From an uncultured virus (IMG/VR IMGVR_UViG_3300014208_000040) (lineage: Duplodnaviria; Heunggongvirae; Uroviricota; Caudoviricetes): a DNA stretch of 64,000 bases. A model generated the notes under the pieces. That model had not been told where the DNA came from and ran no database searches. It saw only the letters and a list, made by a program, of their open reading frames with translations. Every line of letters begins with the position of its first letter. Position 1 is the stretch's first letter. Position numbers and translations under genes: made by a program. Shown here piece by piece: positions 12,115 to 21,346 of this stretch. The DNA lies in IMG/VR virus record IMGVR_UViG_3300014208_000040. The stretch is one strand, 5' to 3'.

Positions 12115-12187
12115 ATATTCTATCACATGGCGAGTCGAAGTCAACAAAAAACTAAATCCTTGACATTCTGAAAAAGTTGTGTATAGT
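12115..12187. promoter_or_regulatory. Divergent sigma70-like promoter pair at the strand switch
   Basis: Plus strand TTGACA(12160)-16 nt-TATAGT; minus strand TTGACT-17 nt-TAGAAT upstream of the 12100 ORF. Confidence 0.7.
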
Positions 12188-12195
12188 TATACGTC

Positions 12196-12861
12196 ATGAA
12201 TATCATAGTTGAAATTCGAGCAGCCGAAGGCGGAAACGACGCAAAGTCCCTCGTCATCGAGCAATCTAAAATTTATTCAAAGGTCTGTTCCAAAAACGGG
12301 CTGTGAATGAATGTTTTGGATTGTTGCTCAGGTTTCACACTTCTAAAGATTTCTGGCAACAATCCCCTTTTAATTTTCAATAATGAGGCTGGCGGACACC
12401 GGTGGCAGAGAACACCCCCGAACGAACGAAACGGCCGAGTTCATACTAGCACCATCACGGTTTCTGTTTTTGTAGAACCAAAGCCGATGGAATTCATTCT
12501 TTCCGAAAAAGATTTAGAAATAAAGACTTGTCGTGGGGCGGGTAATGGTGGTCAAAATAGAAATAAATTGGAAACTACTGTTATTGTAACCCATATACCT
12601 ACAAAGACTACTGTAAGATGTGAAAGCGAACGGTCACAATATCAAAATCGTCAGATTGCTATTGATTTGTTGAGAACTAAATTGTATAACAATCAGAATT
12701 ATAAAATGATGAATGATATTAACGGAGTGAGAAAACAACAAATTGGTAGTGGTATGAGAGGGGATAAACGGAGAACAATAGCATGTCAAAGAAATTCCGT
12801 GGTTGACCACATTACTAATAAGAAATGGACTCTTGACCAATACTATTCTGGCAAATGGTAA
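12196..12861 (+). CDS. Class I peptide chain release factor homolog lacking domain 1, with an in-frame UGA at 12304-12306
   Basis: MNIIVEIRAAEGGNDAK (PCRF start) from ATG 12196 is in frame with the 12307 ORF (EAGGHRWQRTPPNERNGRVHTS, GAGNGGQNRNK, ERSQYQN, RGDKRRT). Confidence 0.85.
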
Positions 12862-12910
12862 AAATCGCTTGACACTTTCAAATTCTCTGATATAGTTATT
12901 GGTGTAATAG

Positions 12911-12984
12911 GCAGGTGTAGCACAATGGTAGTGCGAAAGATTTCCAATCTTTTGATGAGAGTTCGATTCTCTCCACCTGCTCCA
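12911..12984 (+). tRNA. tRNA-Gly (TCC)
   Basis: GCAGGTG/CACCTGC acceptor stem, AAAGA-TT-TCC-AA-TCTTT anticodon arm, GTTCGAT T loop, encoded CCA; upstream TTGACA..TATAGT promoter. Confidence 0.93.
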
Positions 12985-12998
12985 GTTTCAATTTTAAG

Positions 12999-13070
12999 GC
13001 GAGATTAGTTTAGTGGCAGAACAGGAGATTGCCAATTTCCGGGCGGGGTTCGATTACCCATTTCGATCCA
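12999..13070 (+). tRNA. tRNA-Gly (GCC), degenerate, possible pseudogene
   Basis: Good D arm and GGAGA-TT-GCC-AA-TTTCC anticodon arm and a CCA end, but mismatched T stem and acceptor; 3' part overlaps the HNH ORF stop. Confidence 0.55.
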
Positions 13071-13251
13071 ACTTTTCAAGTATTTGATTTTTGGATATTA
13101 ACCCATCTTGTTCTTCTCCGTGACAATTACGACATAAAAGAGCACACTTTTTCAATTCTGCTAACACTATGTCGTTATCCTTTTTCCACATATTTGATAT
13201 GATGAATTCTTTTTCGTCTCCATCAACATGATGAAAATCCAAAGACCTCAA
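13054..13251 (-). pseudogene. HNH endonuclease remnant
   Basis: LDFHH...ELKKCALLCRNCHGEE; only the C-terminal HNH part is present, TTG start. Confidence 0.6.
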
Positions 13252-13306
13252 TTTGTTGTTGACATTTCTCGCTCATCTGATATAGTTATTGTCAGTTGAT
13301 TGAAAT

Positions 13307-13401
13307 GCTCCTGTAGCTTAATTGGTAGAGCGCACGGTTTATACCCGTGATAAGCATTAGATTGATGCACGATATCGGTTCGATTCCGGTCAGGAGTACC
13401 A
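13307..13401 (+). tRNA. tRNA-Ile (TAT) with long variable arm
   Basis: GCTCCTG/CAGGAGT acceptor, CACGG-TT-TAT-AC-CCGTG anticodon arm, about 24-nt variable region with GCAT/ATGC stem, GGTTCGATTCC, ACCA end. Confidence 0.85.
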
Positions 13402-13554
13402 ATTTCAGTTCGTATGAATGAAATCATCATACATGAAGTCAATGTTATTTGTAACAGTGATTTCAACTGTGAATGGTGTAATTGTAGTTTGGTTGACCAC
13501 CTGCTCGGTTGGATATGTCCTGAATGTAAAAAAGTTACCGAATGTGAATAACCT

Positions 13555-13889
13555 ATGAAAAAATTATTGTTCAGTTTGATGGTCGTGTGCTTGGCAATCA
13601 ATATGGCTCAAGAAGAAACTTCCAAGGAAATCTTTGACAAATCGTGTGTGAAGTGTCATGGGGTTGATGGCAAAGGCGACACCAAAATGGGGAAGAAACT
13701 CGGCGTGAAGGATTATACCGATGCCAAGGTGCAGGCGGAAATGAAAGATGACACCGCATTCAAAGCCATCAAAGAAGGCATCAAGAAGGCATCAAGAAGG
13801 ATGAACGAACTTTGATGAAACCAGCCGAAGGTTTGTCTGATACGGAAATGAAGGCGTTGGTCACTTACGTTCGTACATTTAAGAAATAA
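13555..13889 (+). pseudogene. Class I monoheme cytochrome c, frameshifted by an 11-bp tandem duplication
   Basis: Signal peptide, CVKCH heme motif; removing one AAGAAGGCATC copy restores ...IKKDERTLMKPAEGLSDTEMKALVTYVRTFKK* including a likely axial Met. Confidence 0.85.
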
Positions 13890-13995
13890 CCCCTACGCAG
13901 TTGGGTAGGGTGAATGGTGGGATAGACGGGCACTCGGTAAGAGTCACTAATAAAATTTCCTGACTCTCCCCACTCAGAACAGAGAATGAATTTAT

Positions 13996-14079
13996 GCTAC
14001 AGTGGCGTAACGGCAGCCGCGGCGGTCTTAAGAACCGTTCTCTTCGGAGGTGTGGGTTCGATTCCCACCTGTAGCACCA
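13996..14079 (+). tRNA. tRNA-Leu (TAA)
   Basis: GCTACAG/CTGTAGC acceptor, GCGGT-CT-TAA-GA-ACCGT, variable arm CTC-TTCG-GAG, ACCA end. Confidence 0.92.
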
Positions 14080-14860
14080 TCTTCTATGGCCTCATGAACC
14101 ATTGAGTATGTCCTTGATATGGTTTCTTCTTCGTGGTATTCTTCTTCACCTATGAATAAACAACTCCAATCTGACATTGCGGATAACCCCAAAGATGACA
14201 ATGTTGATTTCGATGTTGACTTCGGCCTGATTGGTGGTATAATGCCGATGATGAAAATTCAATTGAAAAATTGGTCGTTTACGGCGAACGGTGATGATGG
14301 TTACAAAGCACCTGAACAATTGATTCCGTGTCTCCAAGGCAATGTTTACGGCCATCCAAATCCAAAACATCACGATGGCAAGTTCATCGTAACTTCAAAA
14401 CTGATTGGCAAACGGAATGGGTTGGCGATAACTCAATCTGGCAGTGAATATGAACTCGGTGACGTTGATCCCAACTACGAGAAAGCATTTCCGAACGCCA
14501 AGGATCGATTGTTTACTCAATTGAAAGATGTATGATCGAAGAAAATCAACGTCTAATTATAGCGGAATATTGTGGTTGGAAAAACTTAATGTTTCGGGGT
14601 ATTTTTGAACCAAAACACGAAGACTGGATTGGGGAACATGAAAGTTGTATTCCGCCTAACATGACGGGAAAATGGACTGGTCCATTACCAAATTATACAA
14701 AAGACCTTAATGCTATGAATCAAGCAGAAATGAACTTGCCAAATGAAGAGATAAAACGTCTCTATGTAAGCAATCTTGTTTCTTTAATGAAAGAAGGAGA
14801 ATTTACGGTAATGGCACCCAGTTATTTACGATCTGAGGCATTTGTAAAAACAATTGGAAA

Positions 14861-15196
14861 ATGGGAATGATTATTATGATGTGGAATAGAGACGACGCAT
14901 TAATTCTAATGCCTAAACTTGAGGCAATAGCGAAGTTCATGGGGTATCATGTGGCCTTGGGTGGTAGTGTTATGTATAACGGTGAATCCAAAAAGGATTT
15001 GGATGTTATTGTTTATCCACACAAAAATATCGACCCACATCGGCCCCAACCAACGATGTTATTGGAAATGTTTACTTACCATAAACTTATTGACAACTAC
15101 ACGGATATCGCTCAGACCGAAGGCATGGATAGAGTGGTGTATTGTGGTTGTTACCACTTGGATACAGCCAAACGTATTGATTTCTTTTTCGTATGA
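14861..15196 (+). CDS. Minimal nucleotidyltransferase-like protein
   Basis: ALGGSV...KDLDVIV (hG[GS]-x-DxD) and terminal IDFF. Confidence 0.55.
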   Translation: MGMIIMMWNRDDALILMPKLEAIAKFMGYHVALGGSVMYNGESKKDLDVIVYPHKNIDPHRPQPTMLLEMFTYHKLIDNYTDIAQTEGMDRVVYCGCYHLDTAKRIDFFFV

Positions 15197-16121
15197 AACC
15201 CAAAACCGAAGAACAATTGAAACGGGAAATTCGTCATCTCAAGATAGAATTAAAGAATCGTGATACGGAAACCCGACGACTTGAAAAAGCAAATTATCAA
15301 TTAAAAAATGATTTAGATTTTGCTAAACATGACCTTAACACAAATGAAAGATTGATCAAATATTTACGAAAACAAAAAATATGAAAAAACTACTCGAAAT
15401 AAAAGTGTTGAACCAGACAACCGGACAAATGTATCGCTTATTGGGATTTCATACCAGCGGGGACGACCGTGGCGGTATCCACATCAAAGGTTTCACTCTT
15501 CACGATATCAGTAATCGCCAAGTTTTGGTGGTGAATGATGTCATGGAAATGAAGAAATATTCCCTCGTCATTGAATGACATCTACGACACCAAAATCAAT
15601 GGAGTGCCGTTGTATTTACTATTGTTCGTCAAACCTTCAAAGGAGAATGGAAGAGAAATATGAAAGTGCTTGAAAAAGGAAGACCACAAAAGGGTTGGGC
15701 TAAGGAATTTGTCTGTTCCGGTAAAGGAAACAACGACGGTGGTTGTGGAGCAAAATTGCTTGTAGAATTTGATGACCTGTTTCGGACATTCCACACCGAT
15801 TACGGTGGTGGCAAAGATGTGTTCGTCACGTTCAAATGTATGGACTGTGGAGTGTTGACTGACATTGACCCCAAACATTGGCCAAGCACTACGGACATGC
15901 CCGACAAAGACCTTTGGGAACGTCGTGAAATCGCAAAGTCGGTCGGAGTGTTACATGGATGAATGCGATGAGTTTCTTTGGGAATGTCAAGATTGTCACG
16001 ATTTGTTTGACCTTGAACAGATGGTGATTACTTACACAGGCCACAATCTTTGTCAAAAGTGTTACAAACTAGACTTGACTTTTTTCACGGATTCGGTATA
16101 GTTATTGATGACTTCTTTTGT

Positions 16122-16201
16122 GCTGATAAGGTGTAATTGGAATTTGCATACTTGTTTCCTAAACAATGTGGTTGTGGGTTCAAGTCCCACTATCAGCACC
16201 A
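16122..16201 (+). tRNA. tRNA-Arg (CCT)
   Basis: GCTGATA/TATCAGC acceptor, TTGT-TT-CCT-AA-ACAA, GTGGGTTCAAGTCCCAC T arm, ACCA; upstream TTGACT..TATAGT promoter. Confidence 0.8.
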
Positions 16202-16467
16202 TTTTTTATTGGGCCGTGAAACACGGTCACAACAAAATCAACATCAGTTAAAGTTCAAACTTCAACTGTTCCGAATACACTTTCGCTCCACCACAGGTAC
16301 AATTTTTCCAACCAACATTATTTGAATGGTCTGAATGACCGCTGACTTTTACTTTGTGAACTATGCAAGTATGCCAACGGTGGCCTTTTTCACATTCACT
16401 ATCACCACGGAAACAACGACACATTGTAACGGCTGGTGATTCACATTCAGGACACTTGTTGTTCATA

Positions 16468-17328
16468 TTATTCTGGTTTTCGTGTTAATACTTTACACGA
16501 TTCAAAAATTTCAAATGCTTTTTTACAACTCTCATCAAATCTAACATTTTCCACAGTTTTCAAAAATACCACTTCCTTTATTCCAGCCTGAACTATTGAT
16601 AACGCACAATTTGAACATGGAGATAATGGAGTTACATATAATGTTGAACCATCTATTTTTATTCCTTCTCTACAAGCATTAAAAATAACATTTTCTTCAG
16701 CATGAACGGTCCACAAATATTTTTCAGGACGGTCGTATCGAGACGTGTCATTATCGTTGACCCCTCTAGGGAATCCATTATATCCTGTGGCTACAATAGT
16801 TTTATCTTTAACTATTATTGCGCCGACTTTTGTTGATGGGTCTTTGGAACGAGTTGCAACTAATTCGGCAATGTCTAAAAAATATGAATCCCAACTTTTT
16901 CTGGAAGAAAATTTCATCAAATATGATAAACAAGAACGAAATAAACTTTGATTGTCTTTCAATGTTCCCAATGTTCTGTTACAACGATGACAAAGCAATC
17001 CTCTTATTTCTCCCGTCGTATGATTATGGTCAACACAAAGTCTGTTGTTTTTACTATCAGTATTTCCACATATAGCACAAACATTTCCCTGTTGTTTTAA
17101 CAATTGATTGTATCTGGTTTCATCAATACCATATTCTCGACGTAAACGATTTTTGTGTTGTTTTAACTTGTATTTATCTTTCAAATGATATTTAGCGTTT
17201 CTAGCATTTTCGTTGTGTTCTTCACGAAGACACTTGGAACATCGTGGATTTTTTGTGGATTTTTTTAACTTAAAAATCGTTCCACATTTACACGTATATT
17301 CAGTTTCTTTGTTTGGTGTTCTATTCAC
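16468..17328 (-). CDS. Endonuclease VII-like domain fused to dCMP deaminase
   Basis: QGNVCAIC...LCVDHNH...IRGLLCHRCNRTLG (EndoVII), then SKDPSTKVGA, GYNG, HAEEN, PCSNC (deaminase); probable GTG start 17328 just after a TTGACC..TAATAT promoter. Confidence 0.88.
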   Translation of the reverse strand: MNRTPNKETEYTCKCGTIFKLKKSTKNPRCSKCLREEHNENARNAKYHLKDKYKLKQHKNRLRREYGIDETRYNQLLKQQGNVCAICGNTDSKNNRLCVDHNHTTGEIRGLLCHRCNRTLGTLKDNQSLFRSCLSYLMKFSSRKSWDSYFLDIAELVATRSKDPSTKVGAIIVKDKTIVATGYNGFPRGVNDNDTSRYDRPEKYLWTVHAEENVIFNACREGIKIDGSTLYVTPLSPCSNCALSIVQAGIKEVVFLKTVENVRFDESCKKAFEIFESCKVLTRKPE

Positions 17329-17411
17329 AGGCAACCATATTATCATTTCCCATCGAAAGGTCAACATATTATAGACTTGACGAAACGACTCATTTAGCAC
17401 ACATTGTTTCA

Positions 17412-18341
17412 ATGTTAAAGCCAAGCCTTTGTTGTATATCTATTCAATTACAGAATGAGGGATTCAAAGCCTCTACGATGACCCGTAAACGGTTTTTGAT
17501 GCTCGAACGCAAAGATGCTTTACAAACAGTTATTGACCGTACCAAGTCAAACCTACGCACCATTCATCGCAGTATTCAGTTGTGTGCTGATCGTGGTTGG
17601 AATTACCGAATCGGTTCTGATATCATACCGCTCGCCACCTTGCCTGAGTTTATGGCTGACGATGGCGTTCAGAAAGTCTTGGCTGATCCAGCCGTTAGTC
17701 GTTGGTGTGACGATATTCTTAAGTTAATTCTACTCACCGACGTTCGTTGTAGTATGCACCCCGACCAATTCGTTGTTCCGGCTTCCGCTAACAAGGATAC
17801 TGTTATCAAGGCTATTCACGATTTGGAATTCCATGCTCTAATGATGGATAGATTTGGATTGCCTAAATCTCATTATTCCCCAATCAACATTCACATGAAC
17901 TGTTTCAAAGGTAACACCAGAGAAATTTCCTTTCGGTTTCTGAAACAATTTGAAAAATTATCTCCAAACATCCAATCACGTTTGGTTCTTGAAAATGAGG
18001 ACAAACTGAATAGTTGGTCAGTCAATTCTCTCATTAAACATTTTGGTGGAATGGAAATACCTATCACTTACGATAATTTACATCACAAGTGTAACCCTGA
18101 CGGTCTTGATGCTCATACGGCGATGACAAAATGTATGGATACTTGGCCCACAAACACCCATCCTTTGTTTCACTTTTCCGACAGTATTCCGGCTTACAAA
18201 AATCTCCGTGCTCACGCTGACTATGTTTCCAATATTCCTTCCGAATATCGTGCGTTGGGTAAACTTGTTGACCTTGATTTTGAATTCAAAATGAAAGATT
18301 TGGCCATTGAACGATTTCAGAAAGAGATTGACATCGTGTAA
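17412..18341 (+). CDS. uvsE: UV DNA damage endonuclease
   Basis: PSLCCI, YRIGSDIIP, SMHPDQF, NIH, LVLENED, YDNLHH, FHFS, AHAD, FEFKMKD. Confidence 0.92.
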   Translation: MLKPSLCCISIQLQNEGFKASTMTRKRFLMLERKDALQTVIDRTKSNLRTIHRSIQLCADRGWNYRIGSDIIPLATLPEFMADDGVQKVLADPAVSRWCDDILKLILLTDVRCSMHPDQFVVPASANKDTVIKAIHDLEFHALMMDRFGLPKSHYSPINIHMNCFKGNTREISFRFLKQFEKLSPNIQSRLVLENEDKLNSWSVNSLIKHFGGMEIPITYDNLHHKCNPDGLDAHTAMTKCMDTWPTNTHPLFHFSDSIPAYKNLRAHADYVSNIPSEYRALGKLVDLDFEFKMKDLAIERFQKEIDIV

Positions 18342-19053
18342 AAAAATGGTATGATTCACCGATGAATAAACTGTATTCTCATACCTGTGTTCGTTGCGGA
18401 AAAGTAAAAACTTACACCACAAAATCTCATTGGGAGAACCTTGCTAAAAGAACCGACTGCGTTTTTTGTAAAGGGATTCCCGATGAATCTTTGTCCCGTT
18501 TGGTTAATGACCACTGTTTTGTTTTACACTGTAAACGTTGTCATGAATTTTCGGAATATGTGAGTAAACAAGGTTTGGTTATGGCGGCTCGGGCTCAACG
18601 GCCTGATTGTGTTAAATGTCATGGGATACCTGACGCCACGTTACATCTTTTTATCTCAAAAAAAATTCTTGCTAGAATCTGTCCAAAGTGTCAATCTCTT
18701 GTAGAACATTCGACCAAGCCTGTTCTGAAAGCGGCGATTCGGGCTAACTACCAATGTCATTTGTGTGCGATGAAGGAAACAGGAGAATCAAACCATCGTC
18801 TATTGCGGGCACAATGGACTCCTATCATTGGTTATGAAAACTACATTTACAAGACCTTGGAAATGGTGCGTAATCATTGGGAAACGTTAAACGAAACTGA
18901 ACGTCAAGATATTCTCAACAAAACTTCCAGACAAAGGTATTACAAAACTTCGCCAGAAAGCAACGACCCTTTAGGGAGTTGATGAATGGCGAAAATAGTT
19001 GACATCTTTCGTAGTTCTGTTAATATGTATGGTAGATAGAAGTCATACACCTA

Positions 19054-19467
19054 ATGAATATAGAAGATACAACGAAGAAGTACAAGAGTGATGGGACTAT
19101 AGTGTATTCGTGTCAATACCATGTCATCTTCACGCCCAAGTATCGTAGGAAAGTTTTGACTAATGGTGTTGACTCTCGTTTGAAGGAACTTGTAAAAGAG
19201 AAACAAGAAGAATACAAATACAATATCCTTGAAATGGAAGTGATGCCCGACCATGTTCACCTACTCATTGACTCCAACCCAAAGGTAGGCATCTTCACTC
19301 AAATTAACAAAATCAAAGGCTACACCAGTCGGACACTCAGACAGGAGTTCCCTTGGTTGAGAAGTCGTTTGCCTTGTCTTTGGACTCGTTCAAAATTCAT
19401 CTCCACATGTGGAGCCGTATCGCTGGAAGTTGTAAAGAAATACATTCAAGACCAAAAACATGTCTAA
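19054..19467 (+). CDS. tnpA: Y1 HUH transposase
   Basis: YHVIFTPKYRR, MPDHVHLL (HUH), LWTRS, KKYIQDQ catalytic Tyr. Confidence 0.95.
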   Translation: MNIEDTTKKYKSDGTIVYSCQYHVIFTPKYRRKVLTNGVDSRLKELVKEKQEEYKYNILEMEVMPDHVHLLIDSNPKVGIFTQINKIKGYTSRTLRQEFPWLRSRLPCLWTRSKFISTCGAVSLEVVKKYIQDQKHV

Positions 19468-20485
19468 GTTGACCTACAAAGTAAAACATGGTGTTGACCT
19501 TTCTGTTGAGTTAAAGAAAGCCAAAGACATTGCTTTGTTCGCAATTAAGAGACGGAAACTTTCTTCCAAGGATGTAAAGCAATTCGGCTTGAAATCAATG
19601 TTGGCTAATCAGGTTCTTAGGAAGTATGCCCGTAATTGGAAATGTAAACAAATACGAAGAGTCAAATTGACTGTTCCAAACCAAGGAATAACTTTCAAAA
19701 ACAATTCCGTTTGGGTGCCTTCGCTGAAACTCACACTTCCTTTTGACAAGACCGTTGAGAAAATCAATCAAATAGAGTTGGATGACACCTATGCCTACAT
19801 TTGTTGTTCAATCAAAGACGAACCACAATACAAAGAGTGTAACTACATTGGAATTGACCTAAATGCTACGGGTCACATTGCCGTTGCTTCCATTGACAAT
19901 AAGATATTGAAAATGGGAAAAGAAGCACCACACATCCGTAGAGTGTATCAATCCATTCGTAAACAAGCACAAAAGAAGGGTGCCTACAAATTTGTCAAGA
20001 AACTCAAGAACCGAGAAAGCAGAAAGGTAAAAGAAATCAATCACAGAATTAGTCGTAAGATTGTGGATATTGCCAAACAAAAGAATTATGCTATCAAGAT
20101 GGAAAAACTTGAAGGCATTAGAAAGAAGAGACAAGGAAAGAAAGTAAACGGAATCAAATCCAATTGGTCGTTCTATCAACTCCAGCAGTTTGTAGAATAC
20201 AAGGCCAAGTTGCTTGGTGTGCCGGTGTTCTATATTGCTCCCGCCTATACATCTCAAAAATGTAGCCGGTGTGGACTAATAGGAGATAGACAAAAGAAGG
20301 TGTTCAAATGTAAATGTGGACACAATGACCACGCAGACGCAAACGCAGCATTCAATATAGGTAAGTCGTCTATAATGCGTGGAAATTTCAACCAAGAAAG
20401 AGATTGGTTGAAGAGCACCACTGATAGTGCTCAAGCGGAAATGACAACGAATGTTGTGTCAACCGCAGAACCCATTGCCCTTTAG
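19460..20485 (+). CDS. tnpB: RNA-guided RuvC nuclease TnpB
   Basis: IGIDLN, MEKL, YTSQKCSRCG...FKCKCG, HADANAAFNI; D-E-D triad intact. Confidence 0.93.
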   Translation: MSKLTYKVKHGVDLSVELKKAKDIALFAIKRRKLSSKDVKQFGLKSMLANQVLRKYARNWKCKQIRRVKLTVPNQGITFKNNSVWVPSLKLTLPFDKTVEKINQIELDDTYAYICCSIKDEPQYKECNYIGIDLNATGHIAVASIDNKILKMGKEAPHIRRVYQSIRKQAQKKGAYKFVKKLKNRESRKVKEINHRISRKIVDIAKQKNYAIKMEKLEGIRKKRQGKKVNGIKSNWSFYQLQQFVEYKAKLLGVPVFYIAPAYTSQKCSRCGLIGDRQKKVFKCKCGHNDHADANAAFNIGKSSIMRGNFNQERDWLKSTTDSAQAEMTTNVVSTAEPIAL

Positions 20486-20719
20486 GGCATGGAGTAAGTC
20501 AGTATTGGGGGCATTTGAGACGGAAGAATCGAACAACAGGACATCGTTTGTGTCGAGCAATCATGGCTGAAAAATATAGTGGTGACAACCATTGGGTAAG
20601 ACGGCCCGAGGTTTACATCAAAATTTTGAAATCCTGTGAGAAATATAAAGGTGACGGTCATTGGTTTCGGAACAAACGAAAAGACTTGACAACCCCCCAA
20701 CCTGTGATATAATAACCCC

Positions 20720-21346
20720 ATGATTATCCAAAACGCCATTATGATTGTTGAAGATTGGCCGGAAGTTTCTTTTCTGGTTTCTTCACACGTTCACGATTTC
20801 AAGACCCATACGTTTCACAACGGAATGAGTGTCAGCGTTGACGGAGGCCATGATTATATCCGTCGTTGTTATCCTCCAAAACTTGCTGGTTATGGCACGA
20901 AATATATGGAATTCAACCTCGATGACACAGAACCGTTCCATACCATAAAACACAGACTTTTGTGGGGAACTCGTGGTCTTGATGGCCATCAACCGTTGAA
21001 GTGGGTTCGCTTGATGGATTGTACCTCTGACCATCTCCAAGCCATTTTGGATTATCCCTATCCGACCAATAAACGACTGTCATCACTTTACAAGAAAGTC
21101 ATCAAAGATATTTTAGCCAAGGATAAACATGTTATGTATAAATCAAATATTTGCAAAAGGAAAGTGGCATGGATAACTCCAAAATTTTATATTCACAAGG
21201 CATTTCGGCCCAAACATCAGTTCATGAATCCAACGCTTTGTGTTGCGAATCTCAGTGACCAAGACTCACACCGTCTGTCTCGCATCCGGTGGACAAATGT
21301 AACGTGTCCAGCATGTTTGAGTAAACGAATCCACAACGATTTCTGA
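20720..21346 (+). CDS. Conserved phage hypothetical protein
   Basis: SSHVHDF...SVDGGHDYIRR, WGTRG; own TTGACA/TATAAT promoter. Confidence 0.6.
   Translation: MIIQNAIMIVEDWPEVSFLVSSHVHDFKTHTFHNGMSVSVDGGHDYIRRCYPPKLAGYGTKYMEFNLDDTEPFHTIKHRLLWGTRGLDGHQPLKWVRLMDCTSDHLQAILDYPYPTNKRLSSLYKKVIKDILAKDKHVMYKSNICKRKVAWITPKFYIHKAFRPKHQFMNPTLCVANLSDQDSHRLSRIRWTNVTCPACLSKRIHNDF

Larger units (their letters stand above)
18944..20502 (+). mobile_element. IS200/IS605-family insertion sequence (tnpA+tnpB)
   Basis: Left end follows TTAC, with AAAG guide before the CAACGACCC-TTTA-GGGAGTTG hairpin; right end has GAAC guide, CCATTGCCC-TTTA-GGGCATGG hairpin and ends in TCAG; no target duplication. Confidence 0.9.
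18362..20712 (+). pseudogene. Zn-ribbon repeat protein interrupted by an IS200/IS605 element
   Basis: CxxC repeats (DCVFCKGIPD, DCVKCHGIPD); joining 18943 to 20503 gives in-frame ...QRYY|YWGHLRRKNR... ending at 20712. Confidence 0.75.

Noticed and set aside
12298..12312. prfB-type +1 frameshift in the release factor
   Set aside because: Upstream and downstream parts are in the same frame (12307-12196 = 111 nt), and the site is CTG-TGA-A rather than CTT-TGA-C
13334..13350. Ochre suppressor tRNA (TTA anticodon)
   Set aside because: The 5-bp stem CACGG/CCGTG fixes a 7-nt loop TTTATAC whose central triplet is TAT
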